From: a virus
Lineage: Duplodnaviria > Caudoviricetes
Direction: 5' to 3' (one strand)
IMG/VR virus record: IMGVR_UViG_3300037313_000809
Span: 1-61,453 of that record
Length of the DNA stretch: 61,453 nt
A program made the position numbers and the translations under genes. Below the pieces are notes generated by a model, which ran no database searches, was not told where the DNA came from, and saw only the letters and a program-made list of their open reading frames with translations. Each line of letters opens with the position of its first letter. Positions within the stretch are counted from its first letter, which is position 1. This document shows, one piece after another, positions 19,161 through 29,655 of the stretch.

Positions 19161-19697
19161 TTACGGCGAATGATCCGTCGCTGGATCGATCGTCACGAGG
19201 ATCGGCCAGCGCGTCACGCTGAGGATGCGTCCGCCGCCGAGGTCTTCGATTACCGTCGCGCCGTCGCGCTTCATCATCGCCCACTCAACGCCGACTGACG
19301 ACGAGGTCGGATCGGCCATGAATGCGCGCTGGATCATCGCAGCCTCCGAGATGGCGCGCTTGCGTGCGTTCAGGACCGCCGTCGAAGCGACCTCACTTCC
19401 TGTCGTATCAACGTTGCCGCTCGCCCCTGGTCCGCTCACATACCCGATGTTCATCGCGAGCATGACGAGGCGATTCGCAGCCCCGTCTTTCGCGTTGTAC
19501 GGAGCGCCGAAGTCCTCGTCGCTCTGCCACTCCAGCTCGTAACCGCGGTCGAAGATGTTCGCTGGGTAGTTCAGATCACGAAGCGGTGCGTTCGATGCGC
19601 TGCGACGGAAGCGACCGGAAGTCAGCGGACGAGACCCTGTGCCTTGCTCCATGCGGCCCACGATCCAGGCTTCGATCGGGTCGAGGAAGTCGGACAT
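19161..19697 (-). CDS. Putative tail terminator
   Basis: Position and size in the neck module. Confidence 0.5.
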   Translation of the reverse strand: MSDFLDPIEAWIVGRMEQGTGSRPLTSGRFRRSASNAPLRDLNYPANIFDRGYELEWQSDEDFGAPYNAKDGAANRLVMLAMNIGYVSGPGASGNVDTTGSEVASTAVLNARKRAISEAAMIQRAFMADPTSSSVGVEWAMMKRDGATVIEDLGGGRILSVTRWPILVTIDPATDHSP

Positions 19698-19704
19698 GGT
19701 GCGC

Positions 19705-20184
19705 CTACTGCTGTGATCGCTGAACGGTGAGCATCACGCGGAGCGGTCGCGTCGCATCGACTCCGCCTGGGGCGATCACGAAGTTCTCGCCAGCATCATC
19801 GAACTCGTTGCCGCCTGCGAGCTTCACGAGCACCCGCATCGTCGTGTCGACCTGCGTCGGCGCAAGTTGTGCGATCGTATAGCCGCCAGCCGAGAACGCC
19901 GGTGTAATCGGCCCGATCACGTACGACTCAGCGGACAGTGACGCTCCAGAATTGGAAGCTGCGCCTCCGCCGAAGTACGACGGGATCGATGCGGCACGCG
20001 ACACCTTTGGCGACGGTGACAGCACAGTCTCTGACGCGCTCACGAGCGTCGCGCCCGCCGTTCCGTATGCGGCGCTCCAGGTCTCGACGCGAATCGTGAC
20101 CGTCGTCGGCCGCATGCCGAGGCTGTCGACAGCGCGGCGCCCGACATCGGCAGCGCGGCGGAAGCGGTCCAGTGGGCTGGTCAT
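19705..20184 (-). CDS. Putative head closure protein
   Basis: Position in the neck module. Confidence 0.5.
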   Translation of the reverse strand: MTSPLDRFRRAADVGRRAVDSLGMRPTTVTIRVETWSAAYGTAGATLVSASETVLSPSPKVSRAASIPSYFGGGAASNSGASLSAESYVIGPITPAFSAGGYTIAQLAPTQVDTTMRVLVKLAGGNEFDDAGENFVIAPGGVDATRPLRVMLTVQRSQQ

Positions 20185-20187
20185 CGG

Positions 20188-20529
20188 CTACGGTTGTGCC
20201 GCGCGCCCGATCGGCCCATGCACGTCGAGCTTGCCCGCGGCAGTGTTGCCGTAGACGCGCAGGTAGAGATCGGGCGCAAGGTCGATCGCCCATGGGATGT
20301 TGGCGCGAAGTTGGATCGAAAACGTGGCCGCCGCACTCGGCTGCGTCGATGCGAGCGCTGCCGCCGCAGTCAGTCCAGTTGCGCCGAACTTCACCACGCA
20401 GTCCTGCGTGGCGCACAGCACATAGCTACCACTCACGATGCTCTGCTCGTTCGTACTCGCGCCGCTGGTGAAGTCGACCGTGAACGGTCGGATCGTCGCG
20501 TAGTTCGTTCCGTCGATGGCGTTGGACAT
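20188..20529 (-). CDS. Small structural protein
   Basis: ORF in the structural operon. Confidence 0.5.
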   Translation of the reverse strand: MSNAIDGTNYATIRPFTVDFTSGASTNEQSIVSGSYVLCATQDCVVKFGATGLTAAAALASTQPSAAATFSIQLRANIPWAIDLAPDLYLRVYGNTAAGKLDVHGPIGRAAQP

Positions 20530-20536
20530 GATGATC

Positions 20537-21139
20537 TCAATAGACCTCGAAGCCGCCGCTGCTCGGCGCCTTCTGTGCTGCGTACTCGGCAAGACCGATG
20601 CGTCGGGCGAGTTCCATTCGGAGCGCGTACTGGCTCCGCATCAGCTGCGTTGCCTGATTGCCGCCGTCGTTCGGCCCGAAGAACTCGACCTCATCAGCGC
20701 GCTTGATGCCCGATGAATCAAGTGACGTCGTGATCGTGTCTTCGAGCTTGGAAAGGTCGAAGAGGATTCCGCGGACGATCGTCAGCGGGCTTTCGATCTC
20801 TACGGGATACGTCCCACTGTGCGCCTTGCGCGCATTGATGCCGACGACGTTGCCGCTGAGGCTCTTGATCGTGCACGTCTCGCGCTGACCATCGACGTCG
20901 AGCACGATCTTGATCCCAACAGACAGACCAGTAGCCGAAGCGACGGTGATCGTCGTCGCCCCGGCTCCAGTGATCGCCGTCGAACTCGACGTTGCTGGCG
21001 TGTCCGACGACTTCACGTAGTCGCGAACCGTGTTGAAGACGGGGTGAAAGCCGATGTACGGCTCCGCACCCACGTCGACAACATGGTCCCAGCACTCGGT
21101 TTTGATCCGAGCGATTTCGTCATCGGTGAGCGTCGACAC
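20537..21139 (-). CDS. Putative head-tail adaptor
   Basis: MSTLTDDEIARIK...GIKRADEVEFF; position after capsid genes. Confidence 0.55.
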   Translation of the reverse strand: MSTLTDDEIARIKTECWDHVVDVGAEPYIGFHPVFNTVRDYVKSSDTPATSSSTAITGAGATTITVASATGLSVGIKIVLDVDGQRETCTIKSLSGNVVGINARKAHSGTYPVEIESPLTIVRGILFDLSKLEDTITTSLDSSGIKRADEVEFFGPNDGGNQATQLMRSQYALRMELARRIGLAEYAAQKAPSSGGFEVY

Positions 21140-21145
21140 GTGGCT

Positions 21146-21547
21146 TTACTCGAGGTCGTTGAACTGCAAGAACTTGCAGTCGACCGCGGTGAGATCGCCC
21201 GCAGCAGTCGGCGCGCCAGAGAGCGTGATGACAGGACGAACGTACTTCCACGACCCGACGCCATCAGGGGCGGGGATCGCCCTCGTAGCCGTCGCGGTGA
21301 TCGTTACTTCGGCCGCGTTGTTCGGCAGCTTGAGATCATAGAACGTGCTGTTGTCGTCGCTAACCTGCCACTTGAACGTAGCAACGACGCTGCCGGTGAC
21401 GATGGTGACCGCGACCTTCGCGACGAGCGACCCAGGGTGAATCTGGTTCGTCGTGAGGGCGGTGCCGTTGCGCGCAGTGTCCTGCGCGCTAGTTGCCGAT
21501 GCGAGCGCGGCGAGCGAACGCCGTGCCCCTTCGTTGATGAATGCCAT
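21146..21547 (-). CDS. Capsid decoration-like beta protein
   Basis: KWQVSDDNSTFYD...KYVR motif; follows the MCP. Confidence 0.55.
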   Translation of the reverse strand: MAFINEGARRSLAALASATSAQDTARNGTALTTNQIHPGSLVAKVAVTIVTGSVVATFKWQVSDDNSTFYDLKLPNNAAEVTITATATRAIPAPDGVGSWKYVRPVITLSGAPTAAGDLTAVDCKFLQFNDLE

Positions 21548-21570
21548 GTTGTGTCCTGGTCTCGCTCGAA

Positions 21571-22686
21571 TCAGTCGGAGCGGAGAGAGATGGCGAAGCG
21601 GTTGTCGAGCACCTGGAACCCCTCGTCAGCCATCCAGAGCAGGCTCACGCGCTGTCCGAAGTTCGTGTCGTCCGAGGGCTGCACACGCAGGCCCTTGCTG
21701 CCGATGCCGTACGCAAGGACGCCAGGGCCGAACAGCACGCCGCGCTGCACGGTGATCGTGCTGTTCGCGGTCGCCGTCGGGTTCGTCTGGCTGACGAAGA
21801 AGTCCGTCATGCCGATGGTGCCGATGTACTTCGAGTAGATCGGGTTCTTGTCCGTGTGGAACTGAACCATCTTCTCGTAGCGAGAATTGGTCTTCATCTG
21901 CCGCTGCTGCTTCGGCGAGATGACAGCGCAGTAGCGACCGTTCGCGAAGGTCGGGATCTTCGCGTCGAGCGCCATCTGCTCCGCGCGGAAGCACGACTCG
22001 AGGTCCCACGAGCGGTCGCCCGCCGAGAGGAACGCCGAGTCGTCGGACGACAGCGTGAGGTTCGGATCGCCTGGGTAGCAGTACGACGTGGTCGCCGCGG
22101 CGGGGGCGGTCAACAGCTTCAGCGCGACGACGCTATCGACGAACTTCATACGGTCGCGACGGAGGTGCTTCTGCACCTTGTCGATCAGATCGTCGTTCGC
22201 CTTGTCGAGATCGAAGTCCTCAATCACGTGCGGGCCAACGGCCGATGCGCCGCTGCTGTACGGACCCGCGAAGCGCTCGATGGTGAGCGCCACCTGCTCG
22301 CCGGTCAGGTCGACCGCGGTCGTGCCGATCGTCGCGCGCGTTACACGACGGCTCGCCTCGGTGTACGTGGTGTCGCTGTACACCGTGCGGTTCATCTTCA
22401 CGGTCGAGCCCTGGCCAACAGCGAAGCGTTCGACAGAGACCGCTTCGGAAAGCAGTCCTGCCGGATTCAGTCCGCCCGGCATCGCCTGCACGTCGGGGGT
22501 CGTGGCACCGCTGCCTGCGAAGCTGCGGTTGCCGACGCTGACAGCACCGCTCGCCTTCAGCTCCGACTCTGCGACGGCGCCGAAGATGAGGTTGGCGTAG
22601 AAGTAATCGGGCTCGGGCGGGAGGAGGATCTTGTCAGAGAGCTTGTCGAGGAATGCCTGCGGAAGAGTCAGTCGAGAGAGAGACAT
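21571..22686 (-). CDS. Major capsid protein
   Basis: 371 aa; GRYCAVISPKQ...IGTIGMTDF; follows the scaffold gene. Confidence 0.85.
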   Translation of the reverse strand: MSLSRLTLPQAFLDKLSDKILLPPEPDYFYANLIFGAVAESELKASGAVSVGNRSFAGSGATTPDVQAMPGGLNPAGLLSEAVSVERFAVGQGSTVKMNRTVYSDTTYTEASRRVTRATIGTTAVDLTGEQVALTIERFAGPYSSGASAVGPHVIEDFDLDKANDDLIDKVQKHLRRDRMKFVDSVVALKLLTAPAAATTSYCYPGDPNLTLSSDDSAFLSAGDRSWDLESCFRAEQMALDAKIPTFANGRYCAVISPKQQRQMKTNSRYEKMVQFHTDKNPIYSKYIGTIGMTDFFVSQTNPTATANSTITVQRGVLFGPGVLAYGIGSKGLRVQPSDDTNFGQRVSLLWMADEGFQVLDNRFAISLRSD

Positions 22687-22738
22687 GGAGAAGGCCGTGC
22701 GCGGCGCGTCCTAGGCGACCGCGAGGAGAGAAACGGGT

Positions 22739-23392
22739 TCAGTTCGAGGCGGTGTGCTTGCGCTCGCCTGCTTCGATGGCGGCGCGGTTCGAGTCACGGA
22801 GCGAGGCGGCACGGGTGCTGAGGCCCTTGTCACGAAGAGCCTTCCAATCGAGGTACATCGCGACGTCGGGATCGTTGGTCGGCGAGGCGGCGGGAGCCGC
22901 GATCGTCGGCGCGGTGCTGGCGAGAGCGGGGAGAGGCGGGTTCAGCGCCCCCGCTTCACGAAGCAGTGCAATCGCTTCGAGCTGCTTCACCGGATCGGTG
23001 CCTGCGCGTTTGATGACGGCGTTACGCGTGGCTTCGGGGAGCGCAGCGAGCGTCGTATCGGCGTGCACCTTCAGTGCGGCCGTTTGCGCTTCGATTGTCG
23101 CTTGCGCGGCGGTGTACTTCGCGCCGAGTTCGGCGACGGTGGCGGCGGATTGCGCTTGGCCGTTTGCTGCGCGCGCAGCAATGCGTGCGTGCGGGTTGAC
23201 GTACGGCTTGTCGGCCGGCTTCGGCGCTTCTGGCGTCGCCGGTGCCGCTACCGCCTGTGCGGGCGCTGCGGGTTGCGGTGCAGCGGGCATAGCGGCAGCC
23301 GCAGGCTGTGCCGCTACGGGCGCAGACGGAGGCGTTGCGGCGGCGGGCGCTGCGGGTTGCGGCACCGTCGTCGGATTCACGGGATCACTCAT
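22739..23392 (-). CDS. Capsid scaffold protein
   Basis: Pro/Ala-rich N-terminus, helical core, directly upstream of the MCP. Confidence 0.65.
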   Translation of the reverse strand: MSDPVNPTTVPQPAAPAAATPPSAPVAAQPAAAAMPAAPQPAAPAQAVAAPATPEAPKPADKPYVNPHARIAARAANGQAQSAATVAELGAKYTAAQATIEAQTAALKVHADTTLAALPEATRNAVIKRAGTDPVKQLEAIALLREAGALNPPLPALASTAPTIAAPAASPTNDPDVAMYLDWKALRDKGLSTRAASLRDSNRAAIEAGERKHTASN

Positions 23393-23410
23393 GTGATGGT
23401 CTCGTTTCTG

Positions 23411-23710
23411 TTACGCCGCCATCGGCGGCATCGGCGGAGGCGATGCAGAGTCGTCCGCATCACCGGCACCGAGTTCACTGGCCAGCACCGTGGTCTTCGC
23501 GTCGTCCGCTTCGACATCGATGTCGCCGTTGTCTGCGAACGAGAGCGTGAGGGCTCCTGTGCTCTCGATCGCCGCTTTCATGTCGGGGTCGCTGAGGGCC
23601 ACATCCAACGCAGCCTTCGCCGCGTCGATGACAGCCTTCGCGCCCTCGCCTTCCGCTGGTTCTGCGGCAGGCATCTCACCTGCCGGTGCAATCGGCATGT
23701 CCATGCTCAT
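23411..23710 (-). CDS. Acidic hypothetical protein
   Basis: Coupled ORF. Confidence 0.5.
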   Translation of the reverse strand: MSMDMPIAPAGEMPAAEPAEGEGAKAVIDAAKAALDVALSDPDMKAAIESTGALTLSFADNGDIDVEADDAKTTVLASELGAGDADDSASPPPMPPMAA

Positions 23711-24099
23711 CACGTCACGTCGCAGACGACTTTGACGCCGAACGGGATCACGAGAGCCGATGCCGCCACGGTGGCATTCGCCGACCACGCCGCCGTGGTC
23801 TTCGGCGTCAACGACACGGTGCTGCCCGAGATGCTGACGGTGCCCGCGTACTCGGTGCTGGACGACTGCGCGCACTGCGGGACGCATGCCGAGCGGGGCG
23901 TGAGCGTCTCACCGCTACGAAGTCCGTGCACCGCGGCGCTCGACAGGTCGAAGTCGAGGGTGTCGGTTCCACCCGCGACCTGAGTCGCGCCGTTGGTGGC
24001 GTAGAGAGTGAGGATGATGCGGTTGATTGATCCGCTCGGACCGGCCTTGTGGACACGCTCGATCACGCGATCGACCATTACTGCTGCGACTGCTGCCAT
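23710..24099 (-). CDS. Hypothetical structural protein
   Basis: ORF in the head module. Confidence 0.5.
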   Translation of the reverse strand: MAAVAAVMVDRVIERVHKAGPSGSINRIILTLYATNGATQVAGGTDTLDFDLSSAAVHGLRSGETLTPRSACVPQCAQSSSTEYAGTVSISGSTVSLTPKTTAAWSANATVAASALVIPFGVKVVCDVT

Positions 24100-24278
24100 G
24101 TGAGTTGCTCGTTACCGGCGCGGCTTGCGCGACGGCGAAACTGGTTCAGTGGGTGCGGGAGGATCAGACTTCGGTGCGGGCTCTTGAGCAGGCTCCCAGT
24201 CCTGCCCGCCGCATCCGGCGCACGCGTGGGCGGTGATGCCGCTCCACCCGCACGCCTGACATTTCACGGTCGTTTCAT

Positions 24279-24860
24279 TCATCGTGTGTTCGCTCTCACG
24301 GTCACTCGACCGCGGTCGTTGATCGCGTCGCGGAGCTTCCCGGTGCGCTGGCCGACGCGGCTGTCGAAGCCGTGGGCCAGCTTCCATCGCGAGTAGCTGG
24401 ACGCATTCGCTGCGATCGGTACATCGCGGAGCTTGTTGTCGATGCGCGCGACGATGGTGGACAGGATTGCTTCGGCGGCCGTCTCGCGGAATTCGAGGGA
24501 GAGCGGGATCGCGTCGGAGTTCTCGTACTCCGCCATGAGCGCCGCTTTAACTCGCTCCCTCAGGCGCTTCGAATCCGCCGCGAAGTCCTTGTCTCGATCG
24601 GCGAGGTAGCCGAGGACCTCGTCGAAGCTCACGCCACTGCGGTACCCACCGGGCACGTGGAGCGAGAACTCCATCGTCTTGGTGAAGCGTTCGATTGCCG
24701 CGTAGATGATGCGCCGTAGCTCACGTGCCGCTCTGGTCTGCGCGGTGTCGCCGCTGCCACCGGCACGACGTGTCGGTGTGGGAATACTCCGCGGCGCGTC
24801 TGATACCAGCGACCTGATCCACTCGGGTACGCGCTGGGCGTCTTCGATGGGTGCAGGCAT
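24279..24860 (-). CDS. Hypothetical head/neck protein
   Basis: ANASSYSRWKLAHG...TGKLRDAI motif similar to virion morphogenesis proteins. Confidence 0.55.
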   Translation of the reverse strand: MPAPIEDAQRVPEWIRSLVSDAPRSIPTPTRRAGGSGDTAQTRAARELRRIIYAAIERFTKTMEFSLHVPGGYRSGVSFDEVLGYLADRDKDFAADSKRLRERVKAALMAEYENSDAIPLSLEFRETAAEAILSTIVARIDNKLRDVPIAANASSYSRWKLAHGFDSRVGQRTGKLRDAINDRGRVTVRANTR

Positions 24861-26914
24861 TACGGCGTCGCGTTAGGCGTGGTGGCGGCGGGGTCGTTGC
24901 CACCATCGCTCTTCGCACCACCGATCCCCACTGGACTGCCTTTGACCACACGCCCCGCAGCGTTCTCGGCGAGCACGTTGTCGAGCATGCGTGACTTGGC
25001 GTTGTGCGATGCCTTGAGGCTCGCGTGCTCAGCTTGCAGTTCGGCGTGCGCCTGAGCGACACCGGCATGCTGCGGGAGGGGCGAAACGATGGCGTTGATC
25101 TGTTCGTGGGTGAGGCTCGGGAACGCTGCCGCGATCATCGCGCGTGCAGTCTCGACCGGCATCGTCCCTGCGACAGCCGACTCGATGATCGACTGAAGCG
25201 ACGCGACCTGCGCGCCGTTCATCGCGGTATCTGCGACAGCCACGTCGGCAACTGGTGCTGGTGCGTCGTTGCCGAGCGCAGAGTTCAAGAGCGCGTGCGC
25301 CGCTTCACCGGCTGCCGCGTGCTGGCCGGTCAGCTTCGCAACGTACGCATCGACGTCACGGATGCCGAGCAGTGGCGCGACAAGGCGCACCGACTCTTCG
25401 ATCGTCAGCACCGGTTGGTCGCCGTTGCCGAGACGTGCGGCGCCGAGCGCGTTCTGAATCTCTGCCCACGTGGGCTCGAAGTATTCGCCCCACGTGAGGC
25501 TTGCGGGCACGCCGAGCCACACAGGCTCACCGCTCCCCATCACGCGCACGAAGCACTTGCCTAAGGCTGGGATTGCTTCGTCGAGCGACGCGAGCAGCAC
25601 ACCCATGCCCCGCGCCTTCGCCACACACGCAATGCGAATGAGCATCGCGACGATCTCGATCAGAACCGGCCCGTACTCTTCGCGGAGGTTGTCTGCGACG
25701 CCTAGCATTGGCTCGAAGATCTGGCGGAGGAGAGCCGCCGACGCGTTCGCAGAGATCGTCTCGGGGCTCGCGATGACGATGCTCCGAGCCTCCCTAATCG
25801 TCTTCGTCAGCCCATCGATGTCAGCGGTGAGGATCTGCGCGCCCGCACCGCTGCTCTCCAACATCTTCGCGTCGCCGCCCTGCGGCACATCCCAGAAGCG
25901 GCCAGGGCCTTTCTTCGTGGCGGCGCCATTCGGCGTCCATCGACCCGTAACCTTGTCGACAAACTGCGAGAACCACGAGGACGGTGCTGGTCCGCTCGGA
26001 TTCGCAGTTCGCCCCACGTCACCCATCGGAGATGCCTGCTGCCCGAATCCCACCCTTACAATCTGCGGCTCGCCGTTGTAGCGCCCGTTGCGGTGCCGCT
26101 GGGACATCGCCATGTCGAGCGCAAAGATCTCATCTTCGAGGCCAGCGAAGAGCGCGGACCCGTCGATGGGATCGCTGTCGCTCACGTCCGGCTGGTTGCG
26201 ATGCCAGAGTGCGGGAACAAACCCGAAACCGTGCGCGGTGACGCGTGTCGGCTTGTGGATGATCCAGTCGGGCTCGTAGCCTTCCTTGTCCGTCGGCACG
26301 CCCTGCCACACGGAGTCGCTCTGGCGATCGATCAGACGCCGGTACCAGACGATGATCGGGTTGCCGTTGCGGTCACACTCACCACTCTCGTAGCGGTACC
26401 GGTAGTCGATGCTTTCAAGCTCGCCGCAGTCATCGCGCGTCGGTTCGCAGTACTTCGCAGGGAGCAGCTCAAGGCGCGGCTTGCCTTTCGCGATCGAGCA
26501 GACCGGGACAACGGAGCCGGTCATCAGACCCTGCTCCAACGCCATGCGCATGCCGACGCGCAGCGAGGCTTTATCTACAACCTCGCTCCACAGCTTCGAG
26601 AGGGCGGACCGCTCTTCATCAGTAAAACTGACCCCGTAGCTCTTCGCGTCGATCGATGCGGTCGGGAAGCGAGAGTTACCGAACACAAGGTCGCACAAAC
26701 GACGGCCACTGGACTCGGCGATGCTGGATTGGACGCAGGGGGCACGCTCGTTGAGCGGGACTTCGTTGTCCCAAAAACTCGGTCTCCCCTCATATGCCTC
26801 GCCCTTCCACAGCCGCTCCAGCATGTCGAGTCGACGAGTCCTCGGCGAATCCGCAATGCGGCGCACGCGTGCGATCGCAGCCTTCGCGTCGTCGGTGGCG
26901 GGGGTAGGGAGCAT
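24860..26914 (-). CDS. Portal protein
   Basis: 684 aa directly after terL; HGFGFVP motif. Confidence 0.8.
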   Translation of the reverse strand: MLPTPATDDAKAAIARVRRIADSPRTRRLDMLERLWKGEAYEGRPSFWDNEVPLNERAPCVQSSIAESSGRRLCDLVFGNSRFPTASIDAKSYGVSFTDEERSALSKLWSEVVDKASLRVGMRMALEQGLMTGSVVPVCSIAKGKPRLELLPAKYCEPTRDDCGELESIDYRYRYESGECDRNGNPIIVWYRRLIDRQSDSVWQGVPTDKEGYEPDWIIHKPTRVTAHGFGFVPALWHRNQPDVSDSDPIDGSALFAGLEDEIFALDMAMSQRHRNGRYNGEPQIVRVGFGQQASPMGDVGRTANPSGPAPSSWFSQFVDKVTGRWTPNGAATKKGPGRFWDVPQGGDAKMLESSGAGAQILTADIDGLTKTIREARSIVIASPETISANASAALLRQIFEPMLGVADNLREEYGPVLIEIVAMLIRIACVAKARGMGVLLASLDEAIPALGKCFVRVMGSGEPVWLGVPASLTWGEYFEPTWAEIQNALGAARLGNGDQPVLTIEESVRLVAPLLGIRDVDAYVAKLTGQHAAAGEAAHALLNSALGNDAPAPVADVAVADTAMNGAQVASLQSIIESAVAGTMPVETARAMIAAAFPSLTHEQINAIVSPLPQHAGVAQAHAELQAEHASLKASHNAKSRMLDNVLAENAAGRVVKGSPVGIGGAKSDGGNDPAATTPNATP

Positions 26915-26915
26915 T

Positions 26916-28316
26916 CTATTCGTACGACTCGGTCCACTCGCGTGGGGCTACGGACGCTGCATTCCAGGCATACGCCGTGGCGTCGACCTGATCGTCGGTG
27001 CCGCCTTCGACGCCGGTGAACTTCGAAAACTCGTGGAGGTAATCGTCGAGCCAGGGAGAGCGGAGCGGGACACGCACGCGCCCTTCATTCCACGCGCCTG
27101 CTAGTGGCTGGGCTCGGATGAACTTCGACGCGAACGGCGCGACCTCGGTGATGATGAGGCGCTGGTTCGACGTGCGCAGTGCTCTGGCAATCGCCTTGCC
27201 GTCGCGGCTCGCTTCGATCGTCAGCGGTGCGCCCCACTTGCGCTGGAGCGCTTCCAGTTCGTCGGCGATGGCTTTGGTCTCACCGTGCCGTCGGATGACA
27301 TCGATGACGTCTGCGGTAGCTTCCGCGCCGATGCCTTGAACCGCGAGCACGACGGCCGCGGTGTGGTTCGAACTTGCAGCCTCGCTGCCAGCCGGGTCGC
27401 ATCCGATCACGATGCGCGCTCCGGCAATCGCAGGCTCTTCGTAACGAGCGGGCGTCCTGAAGACCTCGCCGCCTTTCGGGACAGGTCTCCCGAGATACAG
27501 CGCCGCCCAGTCGTAGGCGCCGACTCCTCGCCGCTTCCGCTCCAATGCATCCAGCGGCCATCGCTCGGGCCACAGCGCGTTGCCGTGCTCGTCGATTGCC
27601 GGGAGGTTGACCTCTTCGTAACCGAGTTCGCTAAGACAGAAACCAGTCAGGTCACGCTCGTGCCACCGGGTGTGATTCGGAAGGATCGATCCGTTCGGTT
27701 CGACGCGGGTGTTCGCGACGCTCTGAAACCACTCGATGACACGAGAGCGAATCAGCGGCGACTCGGCGTCTTGGCGATCACTGTAGGGATCGTCGATGAA
27801 CAGAACGTTGACGCCCTGCCCGGTCCACGAGCCCATGACGCCAGCGGCGAGCATTCCGCCGCCTTCAACTGTCCGCCACTCGTGGACGCTGTTCGTGTCG
27901 CCGCGAAGTTTGATCCCGGCTCGGATCGCGTAGTCGCGTGCGAGGCGCGACTTGCTCCATGCGACCGAAGCCGAGTGACTCGCATACCCGATCGTCCAGT
28001 GCGGTCGGCGCTGGAGGATGTACGGGACAGCGTGGAGGATCAGCTCCGTCTTGCCGTGTCGCGGCGGTGCGTTGAAGCACGCAGTGACGGGCTCGCGTAA
28101 GACTCGCTCGATCGTCGCAGCAATGCGACCTAGGTGACTCGGCCTCGAGTAGTTGGGGCTCGTCCGAACAACGAAGTCGAGGATCGATTCGGATGCGCGC
28201 TCGTGAGCAGCGATCGCGGCTGCGATCTCCGCGCGTTCACTCTCGCTCAGCCTCGCCAGTTGTGCCGGTGTCAGCTTCGCCAGTGACACGAGCCACGAGG
28301 GCGGCGGCGCGTTCAT
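26916..28316 (-). CDS. terL: Terminase large subunit
   Basis: PPRHGKT Walker A, LFIDDP Walker B, IGCDPA and DDQVDA nuclease motifs. Confidence 0.95.
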   Translation of the reverse strand: MNAPPPSWLVSLAKLTPAQLARLSESERAEIAAAIAAHERASESILDFVVRTSPNYSRPSHLGRIAATIERVLREPVTACFNAPPRHGKTELILHAVPYILQRRPHWTIGYASHSASVAWSKSRLARDYAIRAGIKLRGDTNSVHEWRTVEGGGMLAAGVMGSWTGQGVNVLFIDDPYSDRQDAESPLIRSRVIEWFQSVANTRVEPNGSILPNHTRWHERDLTGFCLSELGYEEVNLPAIDEHGNALWPERWPLDALERKRRGVGAYDWAALYLGRPVPKGGEVFRTPARYEEPAIAGARIVIGCDPAGSEAASSNHTAAVVLAVQGIGAEATADVIDVIRRHGETKAIADELEALQRKWGAPLTIEASRDGKAIARALRTSNQRLIITEVAPFASKFIRAQPLAGAWNEGRVRVPLRSPWLDDYLHEFSKFTGVEGGTDDQVDATAYAWNAASVAPREWTESYE

Positions 28317-28686
28317 GCAGTGCCTTGGGGTCGGTGGTCATCGAGCCGCTGTGCTCAATCTTCTGCGGTGCCATCGCACCGTGGATCTCGGCGAGCTTCG
28401 ACGCCGCAGCGACCATCGCACTCGACTGCGGCCCCTTCTCGGTGCCGATCTCGGCGAGGTCGTAAGCGTGGAGGAGCAGCGCCGACACCTTCGCGCGCCA
28501 CGCATCCACATCGGTCGACGGGGTCATCGCGGCGATGCGCTTGCGCGCTCGAGCGAGGTAGTTGCTCGCCTGCCGCTTCGACACGCTGAACTCAGCGCAC
28601 AGCGTCTTGATGATGTCGCGGTCGGTCTTCGACGAGAGGTACAGCTCTTCGGCCCGCTCGATCCGTCCGTGCGGGATGGTTCTCAT
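28237..28686 (-). CDS. terS: Terminase small subunit
   Basis: HTH-like N-terminus, KIEHSG C-terminal motif, directly upstream of terL. Confidence 0.7.
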   Translation of the reverse strand: MRTIPHGRIERAEELYLSSKTDRDIIKTLCAEFSVSKRQASNYLARARKRIAAMTPSTDVDAWRAKVSALLLHAYDLAEIGTEKGPQSSAMVAAASKLAEIHGAMAPQKIEHSGSMTTDPKALHERAAALVARVTGEADTGTTGEAERE

Positions 28687-28736
28687 ATGATTCTATGCGT
28701 GCGCGAGCACTACTCGGCACTCTGCGGCGCGCTCCT

Positions 28737-28979
28737 TCAACTTCGTCTCGCCTGCCGCCTCACCACCGCATCGAACTCGGCGATGGAGCGGAGGATGTGA
28801 ACGGGGAGGCCAGGGCCAGCGCAGTAGGTGGCAGAACCTTCGGCGCCGCTTCGATCCGTACAGCTCTCGCACTGCCAGTCTTCATGGGCGGCGCAGACTC
28901 CGTAGATCAGCGCGCCGATGCCGTTGCGCTCTGCGTCGCGGCGGGACTTCTGGGTATCAATCGCGGGGCGTTTGGACAT
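28737..28979 (-). CDS. Hypothetical protein
   Basis: Coupled ORF. Confidence 0.45.
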   Translation of the reverse strand: MSKRPAIDTQKSRRDAERNGIGALIYGVCAAHEDWQCESCTDRSGAEGSATYCAGPGLPVHILRSIAEFDAVVRRQARRS

Positions 28980-29175
28980 CAGCGGGTCAGCGTCGGTCCG
29001 AGTGCAGCCTTGCCCTCGTCGCCGGTCGATTCGATCAGTTCGCAGCTGAATAGCACATGCCCCAAGAGGAACTCGGGCGCCGGAGTCGCGAGCATCTGCT
29101 CGGTGATGTAGTCGGGGCGCCTCTGTGCCGTGCGCTCCGGTGACGGAGGCGACGGCTCTCGGTACGGGCTCGTCA

Positions 29176-29655
29176 TCAGTAGTTGTCTCGACCCGCGCCC
29201 ATGCTCTTGCGGGCGGTGTCGTAGCTGTCGTCGAAGTCCGCGAAGGTCGGACGCTTCGGCTTCGGCGTCTGCTCGGCAGGCACGCTCGGCTGATCCTTCA
29301 GCACACCGACGATCCCGTCAGCACGGATCGCGAACAGCGTCTCTTTCAGCCACAGCTCGGTCGCCATGTGCTTCGCGAACACGACCATGTCGCCTTCGGT
29401 GACACCGGTCGGGATACGCTCGCCGTGTTCGTCGAGAATGCCGGGGCCTGTCGCGATGACCTCTCCGGTCACCATCGTCGCTCCGACTGGCTGCGGGAGG
29501 TACATACCACCGGGCGTGCGCACGTCGCTCTGGACGAGTCGCACGATCACGTTGTCATTCATCGGGAGGATGCGGTTCACGTTCGTCTGCTTTCTGAGCG
29601 CCTCGTAGAGACGCACGTCGGTCACGGCGCGGTCTTCATCCACACGCCACGTCAT
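29176..29655 (-). CDS. groES: GroES/Cpn10-like co-chaperonin
   Basis: ILPMNDNVIVR...TPGGMYLP...GEVIATGPG...VTEGDMVVF...IVGVL. Confidence 0.9.
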   Translation of the reverse strand: MTWRVDEDRAVTDVRLYEALRKQTNVNRILPMNDNVIVRLVQSDVRTPGGMYLPQPVGATMVTGEVIATGPGILDEHGERIPTGVTEGDMVVFAKHMATELWLKETLFAIRADGIVGVLKDQPSVPAEQTPKPKRPTFADFDDSYDTARKSMGAGRDNY

